Source: an uncultured Nitrososphaerota archaeon (lineage in GTDB: Archaea > Thermoproteota > EX4484-205 > JAAOZP01). Taken from it: 64,000 bases of DNA. This document shows, in pieces, positions 39,614 to 48,115 of the stretch. Numbering within the stretch: position 1 is the first letter of the stretch; each line of letters opens with the position of its first letter. The notes beneath the pieces are model-generated. The model did not search any database. It had not been told where the DNA came from and was given only the letters and a program-made list of their open reading frames with translations. A program made the translations under genes and the position numbers. The stretch is taken from positions 64,001 through 128,000 of the forward strand of contig CAYQCW010000001.1 in assembly GCA_964416155.1 (NCBI GenBank), in the 5' to 3' direction.

Positions 39614-40577
39614 CGAGACCCACTCCAACCTTTGTGAGAAATACGTCTTCAAGCGTTGGGACAGCCCTCTTGAGGGAAAGCACTGATACGCCCTTGTTTA
39701 CAAGTTCCTTGATGACTTCATCGATGTCTGCGTCAACCAACACTAGCCTCATCTTCGAGAAGCCTGTCTCCGGATCGTGTCTCAGAGATGCTTTAATGCC
39801 CACGATACCCCTTAACAAGGATTCCAAGTTCCCCTCGTATTTACACTCTATTTCAAAAACCTTCTCAGGGTTTGCTCTCTCCACGAGTTCTCGAGGCGAC
39901 CCTAGGGCTATTATCTTGCCTTTGTGGATTATAGCTATCCTATCGCAAAGCTCCTCAGCCTCAGCCATGTAGTGCGTCGTCAAAAGGATGGTTCTACGAG
40001 GGCCTTCATCTATCCAATGCCTTACGAACCTTCTTATTTCCCGTGCAGCCGCAACATCCAGTCCTAAAGTAGGCTCATCTAAGAAAAGAACCTTAGGGTC
40101 GTTTACCAGGCCTCTCGCTAAATGGAACTTCTGAAACATGCCTGTCGAAAGCTTATTTAACCTGACATCGGCAAAATCGCCCATTGAAAGAGACTGGACA
40201 AGCATATCGATCCTTCTTTTCGCCTCTCCACCATCGAAACCATAGAGCTGAGAAAAGAACCAAAGGTTCTCCCTAACCGTCAACATGCCGTAGCCGGACG
40301 ATTCTCCTCCGGAAACCACGTTTATAATCTCCCTTATCTTACCATACTCCTTCTCAACATCATAGCCGTGCACATACGCCTTCCCCCGCGTGGGGGAAAG
40401 CAGGGTGCAAAGTATCTTTATCAGAGTTGTCTTGCCGGCTCCATTCGGCCCTAGCAACCCGAATATTTCGCCTTCATCAACCTCTATGTTTATTTTATCC
40501 AGCGCCGTTATCAGCTCCGATTTTTCTCTCTTGAAAACTCTAGTCAAGTCGATTGTCCTTATCGCTGCCGTCAACAC
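39606..40577 (-). CDS. ABC transporter ATP-binding protein (DrrA-like exporter)
   Basis: Walker A GPNGAGKTT, LSTG signature, LDEPT, TTHYMAEAE, PTLEDVF. Confidence 0.93.
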   Translation of the reverse strand: MLTAAIRTIDLTRVFKREKSELITALDKINIEVDEGEIFGLLGPNGAGKTTLIKILCTLLSPTRGKAYVHGYDVEKEYGKIREIINVVSGGESSGYGMLTVRENLWFFSQLYGFDGGEAKRRIDMLVQSLSMGDFADVRLNKLSTGMFQKFHLARGLVNDPKVLFLDEPTLGLDVAAAREIRRFVRHWIDEGPRRTILLTTHYMAEAEELCDRIAIIHKGKIIALGSPRELVERANPEKVFEIECKYEGNLESLLRGIVGIKASLRHDPETGFSKMRLVLVDADIDEVIKELVNKGVSVLSLKRAVPTLEDVFLTKVGVGLVE

Positions 40578-40605
40578 TACTGTTCCTCCTAATGATCTTT
40601 TTTAG

Positions 40606-41118
40606 TCAAATAACCAGCAATAATCCAAAGTACTTAGGCTTTTCCTTGCGCGTCTTCACAACCTCTACCGTGAAACCGGCTCCTCTCGCTGTCGCGTACA
40701 CATCTATGCCACATGCCTCCATCGACGGCCTTGCAAGTTCAGGGTGGACACAACTCTTTAGGTTGCATTCCTTACAGAATGGGCAGGGTCCGGCTGCCAG
40801 TCCGAATGCCGAGTAATACCCGGATAGGAATGCATCCCGCTCCAGTTTCGTAACCGCCTTATGTACATTCCCCGACTCGGGCTCGAACCGCAACAATATT
40901 GCTGAAGAATAGCCGCTCAGGATTCTTCTCATCTGCTCCGGGGTTGGCGAGTATGGAGGGCATGTGAGGCGTTTACCATAACCACCGCATCCATACTGGC
41001 ATTTTAGCCTAACCCAGTCCCTCACCACCACATCGCTAGCTTTAATCACTTTCGCTTCAGCTGCCCCGAACCTTACTGCCGTTTCACAGAGCTCCTCAAG
41101 AGTCTTGTATATAGTCAT
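40606..41118 (-). CDS. DUF2284 Cys-rich metal-binding protein
   Basis: VRLKCQYGC..YGKRLTCPPY, GPCPFCKEC, ARPSMEACGIDV. Confidence 0.85.
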   Translation of the reverse strand: MTIYKTLEELCETAVRFGAAEAKVIKASDVVVRDWVRLKCQYGCGGYGKRLTCPPYSPTPEQMRRILSGYSSAILLRFEPESGNVHKAVTKLERDAFLSGYYSAFGLAAGPCPFCKECNLKSCVHPELARPSMEACGIDVYATARGAGFTVEVVKTRKEKPKYFGLLLVI

Positions 41119-41181
41119 AACTTTGCGTTTTGCTTATCACTGCCTATATATCTTTCTGTATGGGAATGGCTTGACAGTAGC

Positions 41182-41991
41182 TTATTCTTCTTTCAACGCA
41201 GCAAAAACTTCCTTGAGGAATGCTTCTCTATCGTCGAGTATGAATGTTCTTATGAGCCTACCGTTTACAATTAAACCTTCAGAAATACCGCGTTTCTCAG
41301 CCTCAGCAGGCTCCTCAGAACTGTTTATCCACCTGACGTGCAGACCTTGCACAGCCTTCCCTATTTCTTGCTCAGACTTCTTTAGGAAAAAGTAGGACCA
41401 TGGACAGAAGGAGGGGCTGTACATTATCACCACCTTGCCCTTGTCATCCTCCTGCGGCATGTAAACCGACTCCCTTTGCTTAATTGGCCGGTAGACGAAA
41501 CTCTGTTTAAGAGGATAGTAGAGCATGCTAGGGTCTTCCTCCACCTGTTTGAAACCCATGTCTTTAAAGAAGTCCCTAGCTGGATACTGGCCGGGCATCT
41601 CCCCTGGAAAAGGACGGGTCACAAGCGCCGACGCTGGTTCACCGCCGAACCAGCTTTTTGGATGCCTCATGTCATCGATAAGACTTGACAATAGCCGTCT
41701 ACCAACACCCTTTCTCCAGTGCTTCCCGTGTGGAACAAATATACAAGTAATGTAAACAACCATCTCCTCAGGAATTGGAGCGTATTGGATTAATCCTGCT
41801 GGAGTACCCTCCAAGTAAGCGATTTTGGCAACCGAACCACACTGCTTAAGCATATCCATCGCCCAAATTTTCTTCAGTTCAACACCCTTCATGAAGCTCG
41901 GATCAGCCTGCCTCTCCGATGGAACGCATAGCCTGCAAAGATCATCCAGATTACTCTCAGTCGCTTCAACAATCCTTATAGCCTCTTCCAT
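41182..41991 (-). CDS. GNAT family N-acetyltransferase (YoaP-like)
   Basis: GLIQYAP, ITCIFV, WRKGVGRRLL acetyl-CoA motif, FFKDMGF, C-terminal thioredoxin-like FCPW. Confidence 0.8.
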   Translation of the reverse strand: MEEAIRIVEATESNLDDLCRLCVPSERQADPSFMKGVELKKIWAMDMLKQCGSVAKIAYLEGTPAGLIQYAPIPEEMVVYITCIFVPHGKHWRKGVGRRLLSSLIDDMRHPKSWFGGEPASALVTRPFPGEMPGQYPARDFFKDMGFKQVEEDPSMLYYPLKQSFVYRPIKQRESVYMPQEDDKGKVVIMYSPSFCPWSYFFLKKSEQEIGKAVQGLHVRWINSSEEPAEAEKRGISEGLIVNGRLIRTFILDDREAFLKEVFAALKEE

Positions 41992-42072
41992 CGGGGGATT
42001 GAGCGTTTACTTCCATTTAAGAGTTGCTTAGAATTTTATTTAATCATGCTAATTGCTCCATGAAAACATTTT

Positions 42073-44967
42073 TCACCAGGTGGCTTTAACGCATGCTTTC
42101 ACGCCAGCAGGCAGTTCAACCTTCCAGCGTCCATTTTCAAACAATGGTTTCAAGCACCTGTCGCTAGCCCTAATGGTTATTTCTGATACTTGGGGAACGA
42201 AATAAGGCATTACTGCTTCCCCGTTTAGGCCGCCGGGCAACTCAACCCATAGTGTGAAACTCTTTTCTTTCCGGCTCCATCGCACGTTTACCACACCCTT
42301 GGGTGTTGGAAAACATCCTCGTGCCCAAGTTAAGTCAACAGGTTCAGGCGCGATTATCACGCCATTCGAAATAACCTCTCTAGGCTTTACGCCAAGCACA
42401 TAGCTGCTTAGGAAGAACACGGGTATAGCGCTCCACGCGTGACAGTGGCTTCTAGTTTTTGGTGACAGAATCTCCCACGTGGTTGTTGCACCATAATCCA
42501 ACATGGCACCCCATTCCTGCCTTATTATTTCCAATGCTTTTTCAACATCACCGTCTCTAGCATAAGACTCGATGAGGAAAGCGAGAGCAAACGGGCTTCC
42601 AAACCTGACAAAGTCTTCCGGCCACTCGTAGATATATTTGCGTACGATGTCTTTCCTATCATCATCAGCCGCATTGCAAAGATAAATCATTGTGTGAGTT
42701 TGCAGGCTGAAAACCTTGCTTCTCCCACCATCATGATGCACCGCGTCAACATAAGCTTTCCTCTGCTCGTCCCAGAGATACCGGTTAATTGCCCGTTTAA
42801 CCGTTTCAGCAAGCGTTTCAAATTCTTTAGCATCACTCTCACCACCTATTTTTCTCGCGATAGCCGCTGAACGCCTATATGCTTCTACAAGCATCGCGTT
42901 TTGATGCGTCACCACCCCCCTGCTCGGAGTATCCATCGGCGCCCAGTCAAGCATATTCCAAGCCTCGATTTCCATCAGGCCATCGTTACGGATAAACTTC
43001 TCAGCAATATTGCGCATCTGCTTTGAGATAAACGGATACACTTCCTTCAGAAAGGCTTCATCCCCTGCGTATCGATAGTATTCCTCGCATGCCCAAACCC
43101 AGAGCAACGCCCAGGCGGTCAAGATGTTTTTCCAGCCGCTTGGCACTTGGCTCTCAACCAGCGGGGAGCGGAATAGAGATTCCCCTGCTAGAAGCCAGCA
43201 TCTTCTTGCTAAAGCATAACCACCGTAGGTAGCGTAAGTGATTAAAGCCTCGTGTCGAGCATCGCCCACCCAGAAGGTTTGCTCATAGGCTGGGCAGTCT
43301 ACATAAGTGTCCTCGCTGCAGAGGCGCAGAGTATATCGACACATTTGCCAAATACTGTTAAGCCTCCAATCGTTGCAAACGAATTCCCCAGCCTCCCCGA
43401 AAGGATAAGTGTTTAAAAGGCACCTTACAAACTTGATGCGAACAGGCATCTTCTCTTTCTTTGGAAAGCGAATAGTTAGAATCAAGTAGCGGAATCCCCG
43501 GCGAACAACGCTTGTGTAGCTCTGCCATCCCTCTTTAGTCGTGTAACGCAGCACATTATTGAGGCCGAAAGTATGCTGTATATCAAAACCATAATCATCT
43601 CTAGGATGCATCGCTTCAAACCCGTAGAAATCAAGCGTAACACCCTTTGGAGCATCAACTTCAAAATCTATGAAGCCGACCAGCTCACGGCCGAAGTCTA
43701 TTAGCAGCTCAGCATCACCTTTCTCGGAGGGCCATATGGTAGCAACCTCATCGTTCGGCGAACAAAGGTTCCCAATGCCTTCAGAGAAAATATCCTCCTT
43801 AACTTCCTTTGCGAAAACAATTCTTGCAAAAACATGGTCTGATGCGAAATGCTCGGGTGCGACAGGTTTAACTGAAGAGGCTTTAAAGATGTCTTCAACA
43901 GTCCTCGCATCCCGGATATTCTTGAAACCATTCTCATCAGGTGACGGAAAAGGGCCGGCTATTGCCCATGGAGCACCAGCCTTACTCAGCGGGTTTTCAA
44001 ATTCTAGGTCTTCACCGTCCCATACTGTTGTAAACCACCAGTCATGGTAACGGCCAGTAACATCGAAAACAACCAGGTTCTCGCCCTCCGTAAGCTTGAG
44101 TAGAACTGTGTTACCGTCGACCGGCATGTCCACGCCGTTAACCCGGACGCACCGCGCACCGAGACCGATTCCATTCACACCAGTAACCTTCACCTCTCTA
44201 GCTACAGATGTTTTCACAACTATGATAGCAAGCCCAATTATTTCCTGAAGATTTGACAAACGGTCACCGGGAATGAGGCTTGGGCGCAAGTCAAAACTGT
44301 ACACTATGCTAGGCGGGGTAACTATGCGTGTACGTAATACTCGCACAGGATATACTGGTTCGCTAGTGAGGAATGGTATTGGCCTTTTAACCAGATTAAC
44401 CCATGGTTTCTCGGAATCATCGGTAAGCTCGATTGCATGCTGCCAGTGGCTATCGTCGAAGCCAGGATATTTCCACTCCGGATCCTTAGATGCGTCATAG
44501 TGTTCCACGAAACCCTGTTGACACGATATGCGTGGGGCATGCTGGTCGTAGGCTGTGCTGATGCAAACCTTCCAATCCCGGTCTGTTGAAACTGTAATTT
44601 CCCTCCCACTTCTAGTTTTCATGTCTAACTGTGCGAGTAGGCCGCCGCGGCCGAGCGGGTACTGGAAATTAGTTTCACCAGGTTGCCATACAATTATGGA
44701 AACAGTATTTATCAAACCAGTGTTTAAATATGGCTTAACATCATATACGTCGTAAAACCATGAATGCTGCCATCCTCTTATAGGACCATTACTAATCCTT
44801 CGCCCATTTATGAAAAGAACGTAACGTGCGTCAGCAGTTATTTTAAGCTCCGCTGTTTCAACGTCGAACGGAACCTCGAAGTTCTTACGTGCACAGACAT
44901 AAATGTTTCGCGATGCCTCATTATTGTTATTTACCCAGATCCACTTCGCCTTCCATCCTTCCAGCAT
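42073..44967 (-). CDS. GH78 alpha-L-rhamnosidase
   Basis: AKWIW, ITADARY, IDFGRE, RRGFRY, DCPAYEQTFWVGD, LDW, GATTTWE, SHCHAWS. Confidence 0.92.
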   Translation of the reverse strand: MLEGWKAKWIWVNNNNEASRNIYVCARKNFEVPFDVETAELKITADARYVLFINGRRISNGPIRGWQHSWFYDVYDVKPYLNTGLINTVSIIVWQPGETNFQYPLGRGGLLAQLDMKTRSGREITVSTDRDWKVCISTAYDQHAPRISCQQGFVEHYDASKDPEWKYPGFDDSHWQHAIELTDDSEKPWVNLVKRPIPFLTSEPVYPVRVLRTRIVTPPSIVYSFDLRPSLIPGDRLSNLQEIIGLAIIVVKTSVAREVKVTGVNGIGLGARCVRVNGVDMPVDGNTVLLKLTEGENLVVFDVTGRYHDWWFTTVWDGEDLEFENPLSKAGAPWAIAGPFPSPDENGFKNIRDARTVEDIFKASSVKPVAPEHFASDHVFARIVFAKEVKEDIFSEGIGNLCSPNDEVATIWPSEKGDAELLIDFGRELVGFIDFEVDAPKGVTLDFYGFEAMHPRDDYGFDIQHTFGLNNVLRYTTKEGWQSYTSVVRRGFRYLILTIRFPKKEKMPVRIKFVRCLLNTYPFGEAGEFVCNDWRLNSIWQMCRYTLRLCSEDTYVDCPAYEQTFWVGDARHEALITYATYGGYALARRCWLLAGESLFRSPLVESQVPSGWKNILTAWALLWVWACEEYYRYAGDEAFLKEVYPFISKQMRNIAEKFIRNDGLMEIEAWNMLDWAPMDTPSRGVVTHQNAMLVEAYRRSAAIARKIGGESDAKEFETLAETVKRAINRYLWDEQRKAYVDAVHHDGGRSKVFSLQTHTMIYLCNAADDDRKDIVRKYIYEWPEDFVRFGSPFALAFLIESYARDGDVEKALEIIRQEWGAMLDYGATTTWEILSPKTRSHCHAWSAIPVFFLSSYVLGVKPREVISNGVIIAPEPVDLTWARGCFPTPKGVVNVRWSRKEKSFTLWVELPGGLNGEAVMPYFVPQVSEITIRASDRCLKPLFENGRWKVELPAGVKACVKATW

Positions 44968-45031
44968 GCTGCGATAAGATTTCGATCGGAATATAAAAAT
45001 TTAACTATATTATAAATAACAAACGGTTCGG

Positions 45032-46210
45032 CTAAGGATCTCCGTGTATTATGTTGGTCTTATAGACATCCGGGCCAAAGACCTTATAGAGCACAAGATC
45101 CTCTTTTCCAGTGTTAACTATTTTATGAGGCTGCGTTGCGGCGTCAGCAGATATGAAGAGCTCGTCCAAGCCAGGGTTTTGGCCCTTAACCAAGACATTC
45201 CCAATCCTGCCTTCCCCCTTCCAAACGAAAGCAAGGTAAGCATTGTTTTCAACACTTTCAACAGTCTCTCCTGGAAAAACCCTGGTTTCCTTCCCGCAGA
45301 ACTTCCTTGTCCGATCAGGCGGGAACACCCAGTGTTCAACACCCTTGCGCTCAAACTCGGGTGCCTCAACCTTCGTTGGAACCACATGGTGCTTCTTGTA
45401 GAAAAACGGGTCTCGCGACCTCCTCCAGTCGATCAGCTTAGCAACAGTCTCCTCATCAGACAGGCCTCGCAACATGTCTTCCCTTGACATTCTCCTCCCC
45501 CCGCATATCGCTTGAAGAATGTTGTAAACATCAGACTCCTCCTGGATCTCTAGTGTTAGGGCCGTCCCTGGAGCGTGGGGAACCCCGGCGAAAACGTAGA
45601 AACCCTCCCCGATATTCAACCTGTAGGCGGGGGAAAGATCCAAAACCCTATCGTCGCTCCATCTTTTCAGCAGCGGGATCAAGTCCTCCTCACCGACATG
45701 CGGATGAACAGCTATGTGAGAATACGGGAAAGTCCCTTTTTCCTCGGTCTCTAGAAAATAATAGGCCTCGTCCTTCCCATTCATATTCCAGTATTTTTTC
45801 GCATCCTCCTCTCTCGCATGCACGTGCCACGGGATAGGGGTTCCAATGTCAAGAACCTTCGTTAAAACCCCGAACCGGGCGCCGTGTTCCGCCGCATACT
45901 TGTCGCCGAGAAGCTCTCCAGGAAGAATTTTAAACGCATCCTTAAGGGAAAGCTTGGCCTGCTTCTGTGTGAAGGATATGAAGCTTAAACCCTCGTTTTC
46001 AACCTTAACCGGGTTTACGGCTTCAACCGACGATGCTAACCATCTTTCACACAACCAGCCTCTGGAGGGACCAGCATAGTAGTCTTTCAACCCGAGCCTA
46101 CCCATGCTCGGATACAGGGTTCTCGCCACGAAGGACGGGGCGAGTCTCAGAACCCCGCCGTTCGCGCTAAGCTCCTCTCCAAGTAACTTTTCCTCATTTT
46201 TAAAGCACAT
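45032..46210 (-). CDS. Cupin-fold sugar-phosphate isomerase (type I phosphomannose-isomerase-like)
   Basis: ERWLAS, KVLD...IPWHVH, GKDEAYYF, GVPHAPG, EIQEESD (H/H/E/H metal set). Start taken at ATG 46210. Confidence 0.7.
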   Translation of the reverse strand: MCFKNEEKLLGEELSANGGVLRLAPSFVARTLYPSMGRLGLKDYYAGPSRGWLCERWLASSVEAVNPVKVENEGLSFISFTQKQAKLSLKDAFKILPGELLGDKYAAEHGARFGVLTKVLDIGTPIPWHVHAREEDAKKYWNMNGKDEAYYFLETEEKGTFPYSHIAVHPHVGEEDLIPLLKRWSDDRVLDLSPAYRLNIGEGFYVFAGVPHAPGTALTLEIQEESDVYNILQAICGGRRMSREDMLRGLSDEETVAKLIDWRRSRDPFFYKKHHVVPTKVEAPEFERKGVEHWVFPPDRTRKFCGKETRVFPGETVESVENNAYLAFVWKGEGRIGNVLVKGQNPGLDELFISADAATQPHKIVNTGKEDLVLYKVFGPDVYKTNIIHGDP

Positions 46211-46217
46211 TTTCCAT

Positions 46218-47078
46218 CTAAAACCCGCTATTGCGGGTTTTAAAAGTTTCACCGTGGAAGCCGAGGAGCATCATCAATTCCCCGGTTCTTGTGAAATCGG
46301 GTATTATTGCGTCAGCCCCAGCATCCGTGAGACGCTTTATCTTCCTAGGGTTCAACCCTATTCTCCTAATCTCATCTGAGGCCACGCCAAGGGCTATTGC
46401 CCCCCTGGCTTTAGCGCTTCTAATCTCAACAGGACCGTCTCCAACCACCAGAAGTTCCCTACCGTGCAGGTTGTTTTCGCTTAAAATCCTCTCAATAATC
46501 TTCTCCTTAGAGTTTGCCTCAGTATAGTCTAACGCACCGTATACGCCTCCTTTAAAATATTTCGTAACCTCGAGCGCATCAGCCTCTTTTAAAACGTGCT
46601 CATGATCAGTGCCACTCGCCAAATACATAGTTACACCCTTTTCAAAAAGCTTTTCCAGAAATCTTCTGGACCCGCATATCATCAGGTCGTCCGGGTTCAA
46701 CTCACCGTTAACCAGTTTTCTAAGCCTCTCCTCAACAAGCAGAAGCATCCGCTGATTATATATCCTCTTATACTCGTAAGCATCCTTAGGGTTTTTCGAA
46801 ATCCCGTATCTGCGAACAGCTTCAGCAAGCCACTCCATCTGCCTTATTGTTAACATCCCGGTTGAGTAGTCAACGTACTCTCTAACCTCTCTCTCTATCT
46901 CCGGGGTTGGACGATCACCCTCGCAAATCATCTCTATCATAAGCGGGATCATCACGTCCTCCCACCCCTGTCTTATCACAGATATTGTCCCGTCGAAATC
47001 TATTAACGAATACTTTATGCGTCCAACCATAGAATTTAAATCTGGATTAAGAATCTCAAGCCACTGGTTCACGGCCAT
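46218..47078 (-). CDS. HAD-superfamily phosphatase
   Basis: IDFDGT motif I, LASGT motif II, SKEK motif III, GDGPVE motif IV. Confidence 0.88.
   Translation of the reverse strand: MAVNQWLEILNPDLNSMVGRIKYSLIDFDGTISVIRQGWEDVMIPLMIEMICEGDRPTPEIEREVREYVDYSTGMLTIRQMEWLAEAVRRYGISKNPKDAYEYKRIYNQRMLLLVEERLRKLVNGELNPDDLMICGSRRFLEKLFEKGVTMYLASGTDHEHVLKEADALEVTKYFKGGVYGALDYTEANSKEKIIERILSENNLHGRELLVVGDGPVEIRSAKARGAIALGVASDEIRRIGLNPRKIKRLTDAGADAIIPDFTRTGELMMLLGFHGETFKTRNSGF
46219..46242. other. Perfect 10-bp inverted repeat (hairpin) at the HAD/cupin junction
   Basis: TAAAACCCGC-TATT-GCGGGTTTTA, overlapping the HAD stop codon. Confidence 0.7.
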
Positions 47079-48115
47079 TCACCCTCCTTGGCAACTTCAT
47101 CAAACTTGCTTAATATTTCTCCCGGGGAAGCTGTTCCAGTAGTGTTCAGCTTTTTAAGAATAACACCGGCAGCCAGGCTTGCAACTATGCCTGCTTCAAC
47201 AGGGTCAGCTCCTCCCGCTAAGCCTGCGCCAACAGCAGAGATGAATGTGTCGCCGGCTCCCACGGGGTCTATTGGGGGTTCGGTGGGCGCAGCCGGAACA
47301 TGACGGTAGCTGGAACCAGTAACCACTAAGCATCCCTTATCGCTTAACGTTATGTAAACTGGCCGTTTAGCCTTCTCCTGCAACTCTCTCCCTATCTGCA
47401 GAAGCTCGTCCATGCCTACTTCAAGAGGATTTCCAGATGGTCGTATGGCTTTCACAGCCTCCATCCGGTTTGGCTTTAAAACCATGCTTCTGAAAAGACC
47501 TATGTGCTCCCTCGAGTCAGCTATGAAGACTACGCTCCGATTTTTCTCAGCAAGTTGAACTAGCCTGCTCCTAACGTTTTCCGTAACCACGCCGTTCAGA
47601 GTCATCTGATCCTCTATTATCACTAAATCCACTTTTTCAACAGCCTCATTAACGTTTTCAATGATTTTTTCCTCCAGGCTACTGCTCAACGGGCTGTAGT
47701 TTACAAAGTCGAGGCGAGAATCCTCCTGTTGAGAATCCCATCCGCAGAGTATTGGCTTAATATAGGTCGGCGTAACTCTTTCGCGAGACATGATTAAGAA
47801 ATCCAGCTTAACCCCGTTCTCTCTCAGCTTTTCGTTTAGAAGCCTCCCCCTCCAGTCGTCTCCAATAACGGTCACCGCAAAGACATCCTTTAACTCTAAG
47901 GCTTTAACGTTGCAACATATGTTGCCAGAGGCGCCTGGCGAATATGTCTCTCTAACGACGGGGCGAGTATAATGAGGTGTCTCCCGCGAGAGTTCTGAAC
48001 GCGTCATATCAGCATACCAATAAACGTCTAGGGCAAAGTCTCCGATCACCATGCTTCTCAAGCCTTTAAAAGAATCCAGTATTTCAACCAGTCTGGAGCG
48101 TTTCAGCCCTTTCAT
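47069..48115 (-). CDS. PfkB/ribokinase-family kinase, HldE(RfaE)-kinase-domain-like
   Basis: VIGDFALDVY..ELSRETP, PGASGN, VIGDDWRG, RLD, KPNRME, DPVGAGDTF. Confidence 0.85.
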   Translation of the reverse strand: MKGLKRSRLVEILDSFKGLRSMVIGDFALDVYWYADMTRSELSRETPHYTRPVVRETYSPGASGNICCNVKALELKDVFAVTVIGDDWRGRLLNEKLRENGVKLDFLIMSRERVTPTYIKPILCGWDSQQEDSRLDFVNYSPLSSSLEEKIIENVNEAVEKVDLVIIEDQMTLNGVVTENVRSRLVQLAEKNRSVVFIADSREHIGLFRSMVLKPNRMEAVKAIRPSGNPLEVGMDELLQIGRELQEKAKRPVYITLSDKGCLVVTGSSYRHVPAAPTEPPIDPVGAGDTFISAVGAGLAGGADPVEAGIVASLAAGVILKKLNTTGTASPGEILSKFDEVAKEGEWP

